Shown here: positions 26,613 to 41,719 of the stretch, one piece after another
How the letters are laid out: each line of letters begins with the position of its first letter
How positions within the stretch are numbered: position 1 is the first letter of the stretch
DNA from: the human T2T-CHM13v2.0 reference genome, Homo sapiens
Length of the DNA: 64,000 nt
Assembly: GCF_009914755.1 (NCBI RefSeq)
Contig: NC_060934.1
Reading direction: 5' to 3' (one strand)
The notes under the pieces: model-generated
What the model saw: the letters and a program-made list of their open reading frames with translations, nothing else
Database searches by the model: none
Told to the model about the DNA's origin: nothing
Translations under genes and position numbers: made by a program

Positions 26613-28934
26613 ATTTTTGCCTCTTTTTTAGGAATTTATAGATGAGGGATTTTTTTTCCTTCAGTCATTTTTTTTCCCTAAAAATCTGTTAAGTGGTATT
26701 TAAATATAAGACTCTCTATCTTAATAGCAGACTTTTAAAGTGTCCTGAGTAGCAAAAGTAAATACTTAAAAATGTATTGAAACAAAAATAGAAGTAAAAG
26801 GAAATAAAAATAACCTCTACCACCATTGTTTAAATGTACAGAATTGTCATCTCAACCACCCATATTTACTTGGTATGAACTCCTGTTTATTATTAAGATT
26901 CTTGATTCTTAACGTATGGAATTTAGAACTATAAAATGGACAGTCTTAATATTACTTCACCTCATACATCTTTTAAACTGTTTAAATCTAGAGTAAATGG
27001 TTACACAAAACACATGTGAAGTTGGGGCTGATTCTCTTCCTTTGGTATGGAAAAAAGAACAGCAACCATGAAATAAGAATTGTATATGATCCATGAAAAG
27101 GAAAGGAAAAATTAAGCTAATAACTATCAGTGAGATCTATAAACCCATTTCCCATCTCTTCACAAGTATTCCCAAGAAATATTATTCTTTCTACATTTGT
27201 GATCAATTATTTCAAGACCAGTTTTAATTTGAAGGATTATAATCCTATTATCCAATTACTTGGCAAAAGACAAGCTCAGATTTATATTTTTAATACTGCC
27301 TTCTTTTTCAGTGATGGATTACATAACAAGTTCTTTGCAAATTCTGTTTATTATTAGGCACATTTCTGGTTTTGACAAATTAAGCCTGTCTGCTTTTGTC
27401 ATCACTTCTTAAGCTTTATACAGTATCTACACAATTTGAGGGAATACTTTTTGTTTCCACTCAGAGTTTGGTTAATGCTTTCTTCTTACTATTTTGTGAT
27501 GGTTTGTCTTATAACACACTGGTGCCTCCTTTTCTTCATTTCTTCCTTTTTTCTTGCCTTCCCTCCTTTCTTTCTGAGAAATGTTAACACGGATCCACTC
27601 AATGGCACTGTGCTGTTGACGTAGAATAAAACAAAATAATGTGCCATTGTGTAGGTGACTCACCCTCAAGATTGCTCCAGTTAAGGAGAGAATCTATCCC
27701 TGAGTTTTTATATTACTAATTATTGAGTGGCAGCTTTTCTTTTCTTTGGGTTTCACAGCATGTGCCTTTGGACAAAGAACTAGGGAAGATGTAAAAGATG
27801 AGTTTATAATACATCAAGATATAAATGTTAACACCCTATGCTGTTCATGTAAATACTAAAAACACTATGAAAGATCATCAGCAGCAGTTTTTTCTTGCAC
27901 TTTTTCAGCTCTCTTGACATATATGGTTACAGTTGGAGGCATTTTTCAGTGTACCAATTAAAATATTTTTTTTTCTACACAATCCAGCAAAAGTGTGAGA
28001 GTAAACATAATAGAATTTGAGTTAGCGAAAGTTAGTATGACATGTGAGGTTGTGGTTTTAGTGCATAGTGGTTATTTGTTTATGAATCTTATTCTGGCTG
28101 TGTCTCATTTACCGTTCTCAACTCTGTCTCTGCATTTCTTTCACCAAATGCCTCCTTGCATGGTGTTTAAGCCTGCAAACTCTTCTTTCCTGGTTCCATC
28201 CCGGTATCATTCTTTTTTTATGACCAAACTACACTGTGTACTGAGTGAAGGACAGTGCTACTTTTAAGAGATAGGATCTTGGCTGTGCCACTAATTAACT
28301 GGTGCCCTTAAGAAAGTGAATTAACCTTGTTGAAATACAGTTTCCTCAATTATAACACATTTACAGTTCCCTATATGACCTATGATGCAGCTTTCTGAAA
28401 TTTCTTGATTCATTTATTTTGAGTTTGTGTTCTTTTTAGTCTAAATCTCATTATCCTCCAATTCCATTCTCCTTTGCAAATCCAGGTGTTCAATCATGTA
28501 GGTAAAATAGAAGTAGGATTAAGAAAGTCATGAGGGAAACAACTTGGCTATGAAACATTGTAAGAACAGCAACAGTAAAGAAGTTTTGGAGTCTTGTGCT
28601 CATCTTTTTTGTCCTTTTCTTGCCCCTCCCAACAGTTGTGTCTTTCTCATATATACATTTATTCAGCAAACATTATTGAACACCTTCCAAAGATCTGATG
28701 CTGGTCAGACTCTCAGAACCCAGATACGAACCAGACGAAGAGTCAGGAATATCCGTCTGGGGAAGCTACAGAAGAGAAAGCTGACATTTTCTCTAGCTGA
28801 GCAATCCACAAGCTGTTATGGATACATATAGGAGACACAGAGAGATAATAATAACCTAGAGAAACAATTCCTCAATCAATCCTGGTTTTCCTCTCATATT
28901 TCTGCAGCCCATCTATGTCCCTCTGAATCCTTCT

Positions 28935-29170
28935 TTGTAGCTTAGTGCTCATGAGTAGGCTCTGAAGTCAGACTTCCTGCACTGGTAGCTCAGCTCCTTA
29001 ATCTAGTTACTTTGTGGCCCTAGAAAGTCATTTAACCTCTCTGTCAGTTTTCTCATCTGTAAAATGTGAATAACAATAACTGTCTAGGTTATAAGATTAT
29101 GAGAGTTGAATGTATATATAATGTTTAGTATAGCTTTTTGCACGTAATAAGCATTCAATAAATTAACTAT
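28935..29170 (+). mobile_element. MIR
   Basis: gaaagtcatttaacctctctgtcagttttctcatctgtaaaatg. Confidence 0.75.
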
Positions 29171-29874
29171 TCATATTAATTATCTCTACTTTTGTCATTT
29201 CCTCTAAGTGTTTTAAGAAGACATTGAATTTGTAAACTTCTAGATGTTTCTATTCAAAATGATATTCTCCTCACAAACCACTTTTTGGCTGTAAACTCCG
29301 GGATGGCAGGTATTTTTGTTTTTGTGTGTGTTTGTTTTTAATTATATTTTCAAATGCTAGTAAAATTCTGGCACAAATAAATATTAGAAGAAAGAAGGAA
29401 GGCAAGAGTTACTTGCATTGTTGAAAACAATAATAATGTCAACTGCATGTTGATAAACAGGTAGAAATTCCTAAAATATATGAAAACAAGATAAAGATGA
29501 TAAGACAACACTAATTCTTAGCTAAAAACTGAAGTATCATTACTTCTCTTCAGCATCTCCTGGGACTGAATCTATCCTCCCAGAGCCCATCTAGACAAAA
29601 GATCCCCATCTACTGGATAATGTGTGAACAGCATCTAACGAATATGATTCTTATGTATGTTAGGGAGTTAATTTAATTTCCCTTAAAAATGCATAGCATG
29701 GAATGTCATATTTGGGACTGTTTTGTGAGGTCTTGCTCAAGGAGAGGAGATTAGTGTTGCAGAGTGACCTGGAAGTGGTAGGGGGGAAACGTTCATAATT
29801 TACTTAATTTGCTGCTATTGATACCATATTATTCATTCAGCATGTTCTATTTTTGAAATTAAAATACAGTTTTA

Positions 29875-30040
<166 letters not shown>

Positions 30041-30342
30041 TATGATTTTTTAAAAATTTAATCATTATCAATATGAGTTTGCCTAAATCCCCCTTCACCT
30101 TCCTTTCAGTTATAGTTTTAGGAGCCAACAAAATATATTTTCTTCCTTATTTCATGTGTTACAGGACTTTTGATAGGCAAGCTCTCTATAAGGGTTTGCT
30201 TAAGTTATTTTCTATACCCTGAAGCTTGCCTTTTCTTTTCATTAATACCACCCTGGAGAAATGGCATATATGACAATGTGGCATTTGTGACTTATACAAT
30301 ATAGCAATGTGGCTTATGGATGAATGAAAGGGTAATGCCCAT

Positions 30343-30485
30343 CTTTTTTTTTTTTTTTTTTCATTCAGTAGAGACGGATTTTTGCTATGTTGGCCAGGCT
30401 GGTCTCGAACTGGCCTCAAGTGATATGCCCACCTCAGCTTCCCAAAGTGCTAGGATTACAGTCATGAACCACCCAGTGACCAGCC
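30343..30485 (-). mobile_element. Left Alu monomer (FLAM-like)
   Basis: polyT plus left arm only; TSD atgcccatcttt / gtgcccatgttt. Confidence 0.85.
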
Positions 30486-30499
30486 AGTGCCCATGTTTT

Positions 30500-33400
30500 T
30501 AAAAGGCTGTGGAGCTTCCTATTGTCCTGAGAAATACCTGGACAGCAAAGTGTGTGACCCCACCCAACCCTGCCACTGGTAGTTAGGCAGGCATTGCATG
30601 CTAGAGCTTCTGGCCCTGTGGCCTGCTTCTGTTTGAACTCAACTGGTGGGCACAGCTCGCTGTTGTCCCAGTAAGCACATGGACAGTAACATGGGCATTT
30701 CCACCCACCCCTGCCATTGGTAGCCAGGTGAGCAATGACTGTTAGAGTTTCTAGCCCAGTGGTTCTACTTCTGCCTGAATTTGCTGAGGGATGCAGTCTT
30801 CTGTTGCTCTAGAAACATCCAGATGTCAGGGTGGGCAGGTCCACCAATCTTACCTCCCATAGCCAAATGAGCCATACATGCTGGAGGTTCCAACCTGACA
30901 GTCCTGCTTCCACCTAAACTCTGTGGTCAGTTGCAACCTCATGTTTTCACAGGAAGCACACAGATGCAGATCAGGGCCAACCTGGCAAGGATATGGCTTA
31001 TCTGCCTGAGGAGGCCCTTGGACCACAACACCGAGAAGAAGAACTGAAGCATGGGGAGAATAATCAGAGGTGTCATTAAGACACAGTAGCAAACTAGCAT
31101 CAAAGCCAGTCAACTGAACCCACCTTATACCATAATCAAACCCCCAAGGGCATCAAATAAGATAAAAGAAAAGAAAACAAACAAACAAACAAAAAAAACA
31201 GGTCTATCAAAAAGACAGCAACTTCAAAGATTGAAGGAACATCATCAGCCCACATAAATGAGAAAGAACCAGTGTAAGAACTCGTTCAACTCTGGCAACT
31301 CAAAAAGCCAGAGCACTTTCTTTCTTCCAAATGACCACACTTGTTCCCTAGCAAGGGTTCTCAACAAGGCTGAAATGGCCGAAGTGACAGAAATAGAATA
31401 CAGAATATGGATGGGAATGAAGATCATCAAGATTCAGGAGAATGTAGAAACTCAATCCACAGAATCTAAGAATCATAATAAAATGATACAGGAGCAGATA
31501 TACAAAATAGCCATTATAAGAAAGAACCAAACTAATCTGATAGAGCTGAAAAATACACAAGAATTGCATAATGCAAATGTTATTAACAGCAGAATAGACC
31601 AGGCTGAGGAAAAAATTTCAGAGCTCAAAGACTGGCCCTCTGAAATTACTCAGTCAGACCAAAATGAAGAAAAAAGAATGAAAAATAATGAACAAATCCT
31701 CCAAGAAATATGGGATTACATATAAAGACCAAATCTATGATTCACTGATGTCCCTGAAAGAGGGAAAAAACAAGCAACTTAGAAAACATATTTCAGGTAT
31801 CATCCATGAAAACTTTCCCAACCTTGCTAGAGAGGCCAACATTCAAATCTAGGAAATGCAAAGAAACCCTGTGAGATATTACATAAGGAGATCATTCCTA
31901 AGTGACATAATGATTACATTCTCTAAGGTCAAAATGCAAGAAAAAATGTTAAAGGCAGCTGGAGAGAAGGGGTGGATCACCTACAAAGGGAACCCCATCT
32001 GGCTAACAGTGCACTTTTAAGCAGAAACCCACAAGCCAGAAGACATTGGGGACATGTATTCAGCTTTCTTAAAGAAAAAAAAATTCCAACCGGGAATTCC
32101 ATGTCCAACCAAACTAAACTTCATAAGTGAAGGAGAAATAAGATCCTTTTTCAGAGAAGCAAATGGTGAAATAATTTGTTACGACTAGACCTGCCTTACA
32201 GGAGCTGCTGAAGGAAGCTCTATGGAAAGGAAAGACCGTTACCAGCAAGTACAAAAACACACTTAAGTACACAGACAAGTAAACTATAAAGCAACCACAA
32301 AAAAGAGTCTGTATTTAACATCAACAACTACCATCACAATGACAGGATCAAATCCACATGTATCAAAACTAACCTTCAGTGTAAACAGGCTAAATGCCCC
32401 CATTTAAAAGGCACAGAGTGGCAAGGTGGATAAAGAAATGAGACCAAATGTTATGCTGTCTTCAAGAGACCCACCTCATACAATAACATTCTTAGGCTCC
32501 AAATAACAGGATGAAGAAAAATATACAAAGCAAAGAAAACACAGAATAAAGCAGAGATTGTAACTGTAATTTCACACAAAATAGACTTTAAACCAACAAA
32601 GACCAAAAAGACAGTGAACAGCATTATATAATGGTAAAGGGCTGAATTCAACGAGAAGACCTAACTATCTAAATATATGTGCACCCAATATAGGAACACC
32701 CAGATTCACAAAGCACATTCTTAGAGACTTATGAAGAGATGTGAATTCCTGCACAACAATAGTGGAAGTCTTCAACACTCCACTGACAGTATGAAACATA
32801 TCATGGAGGCAGAAAATTAACAAAAATATTCAGGACTTGAACTCAATACTTGCCCAAATGGACCTAATAGACATCTACAGAACTCTCCACCTAAAAGCAA
32901 CAGAATATACATTCTTTTCATCACATGGTACATATTCTAAAATGGTACACACTCTAAAATCAGACATAAAATAGTACTCAGCAAATGTGGAAAAACAAAA
33001 ATCACACCAAACACAGTCTTGGGCTACAGTGCAGTAAAAATTGAAATCAATACCAAGAAAATCCCTCAAAATAACACAATTACATGGAAATTAAACAATC
33101 TGCTACTGTATGACTTTTGGAAAATAATGTAATTAAGGCAGAAATCAAGAAAATCTTTGAAACTAATAAGAACAAAGATACAACATACCAGAATCTCTGG
33201 GACACAGCTAAATCAGTATTAAGAGAGAAGTTTCTAGTACTAAACACCCATATCAAAAAGTTAGAAAGATCTCAAATTAACAACCTAACATTACTAGCAG
33301 AAGAACTGGAGAAGCAAGAGCAAACCAACCTCAAAGCTAGCAGAAGACAAGAAATAATCAAAATCAGAGCTGAACTGAAGGAAATTGAAACATGTAAAAC

Positions 33401-35725
33401 CACATAATACATCAACAGATGTAGGTGTTGGTTTTTTGAAAAAATTAATAAGATAGACGACTAGTTAGACTAATAAAGAGAAGAAGAGAGAAGATTCAAA
33501 TAAGCACCATTAGAAATGGCAAAGGGGACATTACCACTGACCTCACAGAAATACAGAAGAACCATCAGAGACTACTATGAACACCTGTGTTCACACAAGC
33601 TAGAAAATCTAGAAGAGATGCATAAATTCCTGGACACATACAATCTCCCAAAACTCAACCAGAAGAAATTAAATCCCTGAACAGACTAATAACAAGTTCC
33701 AAAGTTGAATCAATAATAAAAACCCTACCAACCAAGAAAAGTCCAGTTGGATTCACAGCCAAATTCTACAAGATGTATAAAGAAGAGCTGGTTTTTAAAA
33801 AATTGTCAAGTTTCCTCCCCAGTTTTTTGGAACAGTTTCAACAGGAATGTAATAGATATAAAAATCCTCAGCAAAATACTAGCAAAATGAATCTAGCAGC
33901 ACATTAAAAAGCTAATTCACCATGATCAAGTAGGCTTTATCCTTGGGATGCATGTTTGGTTCAACATATGCAAATCAATAAATGTGACTCATCACATAAA
34001 CAGAACTAAAAAAACACATATTTATCTCAATAAATGTAGAAAAGGCTTTCAATAAAATTCATCATCCCCTCATAGTAAAAACCCTCGATAAACTAGGCAT
34101 TGAAGAAATATACTTCAAAAAAATAAAAGCCATCTATGACAATCTCACAGCCAACATTATACTGAATGGGCAAAAGCTGAAAGGATTCCCTTGAAAAACA
34201 GCTCAAGTGTGCCCTCTCTCACCACTCCTATTCAATATAGTATTGGAAGTCCTGGCCAGAGCAATCAGGCAAGAGAAAGAAATAAGAGACATCCAAATAG
34301 AAAGAGAGGAAGTCAAATTCTTCCTATTTACAGATGATGTGATTCTATATCTAGAAAACCCCATTGTTTCTGCCCCAAAGGTCCTTGATCTGAGGAACAA
34401 CTTCAGTAAACTTTCATTATACAAAATCAGTGTACAAAAAATTAGTGTCATTCCTATGCACCAACAGCATCCAAGTCAAGAGCCAAATTAGGAGTGAAAT
34501 TCCATTCATGACTGCTACATAAAGAATAAAATACCTAAGAATACAGCTAACCAGGAAGGTGAAAGATCTCTACAATGGTAATTACAAAACACTGCTCAAA
34601 CAAATCAGAAATGGCATAAACAAATGGAAAAACATTTCATGCCTAGGGATAGGAAGAATAACATCATTAAAATGGCCATACTGCCCAAAGGAAGTGTACA
34701 GATTCAATGCTATTTCTATCAAACTACCAATGACATTCTTCACAGAATTAGAAAAACTATTTTAAAATTCATATGGAACCAAAAAAAGAGGCCACATAGG
34801 CAAGGCAATCATAAGGAAAAAGAACAAATCTGGAGGCATAACATACTCAACTTCAAACTGTAGTACAGGCAACAGTAACCAAAACAGCATAGTACTGGTT
34901 CATAAACAAATAAATAGAACAGTGGAACAGAGTAGACAGCACAGAAGTAATGTTGCACACCTACAACCATCTGATGTTTGACTGAGATGATGAAAACAAG
35001 CAATGGGGAAAGGACTCCCTATTCAATAAATGGTGCTGGGATAACTGGCTAGCCATATATGGAAGATTGAAACTGGACCTCTAGCTTCCATCTTATATCA
35101 AAAATCAACTCAAGATTGATTAAAAAGTTAAATGTAAAACCTAAAACTATAAAACTCATGGAAGATAACCTAGGAAGTAGCATTCTGGACAAAAGAATGG
35201 GCAAAGATTTCATGACAAAGACACAAAAAGCAATTGCAAAAAAATCAAAAATTGGCAACTGGTATCTAATTAAACTAAACAGCTTCTCCACAGCAAAATA
35301 GACTATCAACAGAGTAAACACACAGCTTACAGAGTAGGAGAAAATACTTGCAAACTATGCATCTGACAAATGTCTAATTTCCAGAATCTGTAAGGAACTT
35401 TATAAGCAAAAACAACAAACAATCACATTAAAAAGTGGGCAAAGGACATAAACAGACACTTCTCAAAAGAAAACAAAGGATATAAACAGACACTTTTCAA
35501 AAGAAAACATGCATGCAGCCAATACGCATATAAAAAATGCTCAAGATCACTAATCATTACTTAAACCAGGGGTGTTGAAAAACTAACTGCTGAGTACTAT
35601 ACTCATCATCTGGGTGATAGGATCTTTCATATTTCAAACTTCAGTGTCATGTAATACACCCATGTAACAAACCTGCACATGAACACCCTGAATGTAAAAT
35701 AAAAGTTAAAATTATTTAAAAAAAG
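30500..35725 (+). mobile_element. L1PA15/16-like LINE-1 with partial 5' UTR, ORF1, ORF2 and a 3' internal deletion
   Basis: ORF1 MRKNQCKNS...QILQEIWDY from 31258; ORF2 remnants from ~32340 ([13 protein letters not shown]); jumps at ~35560 from late ORF2 to the last ~150 bp of the 3' UTR. Confidence 0.92.
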
Positions 35726-36815
35726 AACCTGCAGAAGCAGATGGAAGACCTCAAATAATCCAGATAAACCGACGGCCTTCCCACTCCCCACTTGTGACAT
35801 TGGTTAAAAAGAAAATGTTGCGAATTCCTATTCTTTATGATGAAGATGGCCTCCCATTATCTGTTAAGACTTGCAACCAATGTTGTTAGCCTGATTTTAG
35901 GGACAAACTTCAGAATACTCATAAGAGCACAGCAATAATGAGTACTCCAGAAAGAAAAAGCCAAACCTTGTGATTGTGGTGCTGAAGCAAGCTTCTCTGA
36001 CTTCTAGAGACTTTGTCATTTTGTTCATCCCTTCTGGAGGTATTTAGTAACCCAAATGTTCCATATCTCCTTTACTTGATTCAAGCATGAAAATCTGTTC
36101 TGTCAGTGTTGGACAGTTCTCTTAGCTCTATCATAGCAAGTAAGAAGCAGCCATTTAATTTCAGAATGCCAAGTACCCAGAGCAGAATGTGGTGTGATTA
36201 GCTTATGTTTATTAATTGTTGGTAGATAGACCTGGTTAGGTAGGCCAAACAGCCTGAAGGAAAATTTCACACAGAACTTTTTTCCCTTTAAGTTTCTGCC
36301 TTCAGAGGAACATCCAGGCTTTATTTTTAGAATTCATTTTTTTATGCTACATAGTTCTAGGCTGCATAGATCAGCTGGTATTAATAAACCTGTTGTTTTG
36401 CCAAAAGCCTACATGTGCTGTTATGGCCTTCTTCAACTATTTAACTTCCCAAAAATATGTGTCAGTGGTCAGAAGGATGACTGAAAAAGCAGACATGCAT
36501 AATTCTACAAAAGGTTTCTCCTTTTTCCAATGGCAAAATAACTTCCTTTCTCCCCTCCGCCTCCTTTTTTTGGTCCTATCTAGAGCCTCAAGACCACATT
36601 TATTTCCCCCAACATATACCCTGCTTGCATCACCAAGTTCATCCTTTTCAAGTGCTCCTTTGCTTCTCCTGGAAACAGTTTCTTAAAATAGAACAAATGT
36701 GTACTCCTCATCTGATTTGTTACCACTTGTAATTCCCAATCTTACTTCTTCCCATCAATGCCAAACTGGTTGACAGAGCAGATTTTTAACATTGCCTCCA
36801 TTTCTAGTCACCTCT

Positions 36816-37169
36816 TGATATGGTTTGGCTCTGTGTCCCCACCCAAATTGCATTTTGTCACTCCCGTAATTCTCTTGTGTTGTGGGAGGGACTCAGTGGG
36901 AGATGATTGAATCATGGGGGCAGGTCTTATGCTGTTCTCGTGATAGTGAATGGATCTCATGATATCTGATGGTTGTAAAAATGGGAGATTCTCTGCACAA
37001 GCCCTCTCTCTTTGCCTGCTGCCATCCATGTAAGACTTGACTTGCTCCTCCTTGCCTTTTACCTTCCTCCCGGCCATGTGGAACTGTAAGTCCAATAAAC
37101 CTCTTTTCTTTTGTAAATTGCTCAGTCTTGGGTATGTCTTTATCAGCAGCATGAAAATTGACTAATACA
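36816..37169 (+). mobile_element. THE1A-like solo LTR (ERVL-MaLR)
   Basis: TG...CA termini (tgatatggtttggctctgtgtcccc...gactaataca); perfect 5-bp TSD CCTCT. Confidence 0.95.
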
Positions 37170-37219
37170 CCTCTCTTTCACTCTTCACTGTGCTCCCCAT
37201 TTTATGAAATTCCACATAG

Positions 37220-37759
<540 letters not shown>

Positions 37760-38222
37760 TTATTTGCCTTTTTAAAATGCAATATTGAGCACCAGCTAAA
37801 TCCTAGATAGAGAGATGAGGAGGTATAATTAGTAATAATAATATTATTATTGATAGTTAATTCCTATGGGATATATATTATGGATCAAGTACTGTTCTAA
37901 ATGTCTTAGACAAATGAACTCATTTTCACAGAATACCATGTGTGAGATGTGATTATATTCACCGCATACTATGTCAATACCATGTGGTAATTATTATACT
38001 AGTATTATTACTTCCATTTATAAAGCAAAGAAACTGGAGTTCAGAAAAAATAAATTCTCCAATGTCACATTCAGTATTAGAGCTATTTGAGTGAGTATGG
38101 TCCTTGCCCTTAGGAATGTTGTAGCCTAATAAAATAGTAAACTCAGGCTGCATACGTATAATTCTAATGTAAAGCAGGGTGTGATAAAGGTTAACCAGTG
38201 GTTCAAGAAAGATGGTTGGGAG

Positions 38223-38620
<398 letters not shown>

Positions 38621-39237
38621 CTAGTTGAGTATTAGGGGACAGTCCTAAACTATAGGTACAGCATAAGCAAAGGTAGTAGCATGAGCTTATGTTCGAGAAA
38701 ACTGGGGAGTCTGATTTGCTTTGAGCACAGGACATGTGTAGAGAGGCAGTGGGAAATGTAATTGCAGGCCTTGATTCAAAGAAATTTTGACTTTAATGTG
38801 TGTTTGAAGTGGGGACCCCTTGATGAATTTTAGAAATAGCAGTGGCTGATCAACCTGTATGTTAGTAAGATAGCTATGGCAGCAGTATGAAGGATGCTAT
38901 TTTCTCAAGTCTGTTCTTGATATCACTCACTTTTCTCTTTCCTCTTTACTCACCTCTGTGGGTATCATGCAAGGCTTTCTCTCCTTGATTTTGTGCACTC
39001 TATCTTGGGTGCTCATTCCTTTTCCTGGACTCACTGCCCTTATATTTAGCTGACTGCCACATTTCCTGCTTTTTCCTTAGTTACTCCCAATTTTCTAAGG
39101 AAGAGAGGAATCCAGATAGAATACTCTGAAATAATGCATTACTAAACTTGGTGTCAGGAGTGGGAAAGAAAAAGGAAAGGACAGGATTGAAGTATGAGGG
39201 GACTAGTTTCAAGAAGAAGAGGTATTTCAAAGATTAT

Positions 39238-41599
39238 TGTGTTAGTCTACTTGCACATTGCTATAAAGAAACTACCTGAGACTGGGTAATTTATAAATAA
39301 AAGAGGTTTAATCGACTCACGGTTTCATATGGCTAGGGAGGCCTCAAGAAACTTACAATCATGGCAGAAAGTGAAGGGGAAGCAAGGTACATATTATATG
39401 GTGGCAGGAGAGAGAGAGAAGGCATGGGGGAAGAGCCAAACACTTTGAAACCATCAGATCCCATGAGAACTCATGCACTATCCCTATCATGATAACACCA
39501 TGGCGGAAACAGCCTCCATGATCCAATCACCCCCATCAGGTCTTGTCCTCAACACTTGGGAATTACAATTCAAGGTGATATTTGGGTGGGGACACAGAGC
39601 CAAACCATATCATTCTGCCCCTGGTCCCTCACAAATCTCATTTCCTTTACACATTTCAAAATTAATCATGCCTTTCCAACAGTACCCCAAAGTCTTAACT
39701 CTTTCCAGCGTTAACTCAAATGTCCAAGTTTGAAGTATCATCTGAGATAAGGCAAGTCCCTTCTAACTAAGAGCGTGTAAAATAAAAAACAAGCTAGTTA
39801 CTCCCAAGATATAATGGGGGTACAGGCATTGGATAAATGTTTCTGTTCCAAATGGGAGAAATTGGCCAAAACAAAGGGGCCACAGGCCCCATGTAAGTCT
39901 GAAAGCTGGCAGGGCATTCATTAAATCTTAAAGCTCCAAAATAATCTCCTTTGACTCCATGTCTCACATTCAGGGCACACTGATGCAAGGCATAGGTTCC
40001 CAAGGCCTGAGGCAGCTCTGCCTCTGTGGCTCTTCAGGGTACAGCCCCCACAGCTGATTTAATGGGCTGGCATAGAGTGCCTGTGGCTTTTCCAAGTGCA
40101 TAGTGCAAGCTGTTAGTAAATCTACCATTTTGGGGTCTGGAGGATGGTAACCTTCTCACAGCTCTTCTAGGCAGTGCCCCAATGGGGACTCTGTGTGGGG
40201 GCTCCAGTCCTACATTTCCCTTCTGCATTGCCCTAGTAGAGGTTCTCCACGAGGGCTCTGTCCCTGCAGCAGACTTCTGCCTGGACATCCAGGCATTTCC
40301 ATACATCCTCTGAAATATAGGCTGAGGCTCCCAAAGCTAAACTTTTGTCTCCTGCCTACCCATAGACACAACACCATGTGGAAGCTGCCACGGTTTGGGG
40401 CTTGAACCCTCTAAAGCAATAGCCTGAGCTGTAAATTGGCCCCTTTTAGCCATGGCTAGATTTGGAGCAGCTGGGACACAGCGCACCATGTCCCAAGGCT
40501 GCACAGAGAAGCAGGGTCTTGGGCCAGGCCCACAAAACCATTTTTACCATCTAGATCTCCAGACCTGTGATGGCAGGGGCTGCTGCAAAGATCTCTGACA
40601 TGCCCTGGAGACATTTTTTTCCATTGTCTTGGCTATTAACATTTGGCTCCTCATTACTTATGTAAATTTCTGCAGCTGGCTTGAATTTCTCCGCAGAAAA
40701 TAGGTTTTTCTTTTCTATTACATGGTCAGGATGCAAATTTTTCAAACCTTTATGCTTTGCTTTCCTTTTAAACATAAGTTCCAATTTCAAATTATCTCTT
40801 TGTAAATGCACATGACTAAAAGCTTTCAGAATCATCCAGGTTATATACTGAATGCTTTGCTGCTTAGGAATCTCTTCTGCCAGATACGCTAAATTATCTC
40901 TCTCAAGTTCAAAGTTCAACGGATCTTTAGGGCAGGGGCGAAATGCTGCCAATGTCTTTGCTAAAGCATAGCAAGGGTTATGCTTCAGTTCCCAATAAGT
41001 TTCTCATCTCCATCTGAGACCACCTCAGCCTGGACTTCATTGTTCATATCACTATCAGCATTTTGGTCAAAACCATTAAACAAATGTCTAGAAAATTCCA
41101 AACTGTCCTTCATCTTCTTGTCTTCTGAGCCTTCCAAACTGTTCCAGCCTCTGCAGATTACTTAGTTCCAAAGTCACTTTCACATTTTTAGGCATCTTTA
41201 TAGCAGTACCCTACTCTGTCAGTACCAATTTTCTGTATTATTCCATTCTCACATTGCTATAAGGATACTACCTAAGTGTGGGTAATTTATAAACAAAAGA
41301 GTTTAATTGACTCACAGTTCCACATGACTGGGGAAACCTCAGGAAACTTACAATTATGGCAGAAGGCAAAGAGGAATCAAGACGTTTTTTATATGGCAGC
41401 AGGAGAGAGAGGACAATGGGGAATCTGCCAAACAGTTTTAAACCATCGGATCTTGTTAGAACTCACTCATTATCTTGAGAACAGCATTAGGGAAACTGCC
41501 CCCATGATCCAGTCACCTCCCACCAGATCACTCCCATGACATGTGGGGATTACAATTTGAGATGAGATTCAAGTGGGGACACAGAGCCAAACTATATCA
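39238..41599 (-). mobile_element. Complete THE1D-like MaLR retrotransposon (LTR-int-LTR)
   Basis: LTRs at 39238-39612 and 41234-41599; ~1.6-kb internal region with MaLR ORF remnants (LNFELERDNLAYLAEEI); TSD attat/ataat. Confidence 0.93.
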
Positions 41600-41719
41600 A
41601 TAATTCCATCATTCTAAAGTCTTTAATTTAGAAAAGTGAAAGAACGACAGGCATAATGTGGTTATTGGGGAAACAGCTGCTTTATAAAGAAAGGTAATGT
41701 CTCTTTTAGGATTTATGAA

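Noticed and set aside
39794-40952. ORFs within the THE1D internal region as a domesticated gene
   Set aside because: The MaLR internal ORF is split into several frames by stops and frameshifts.
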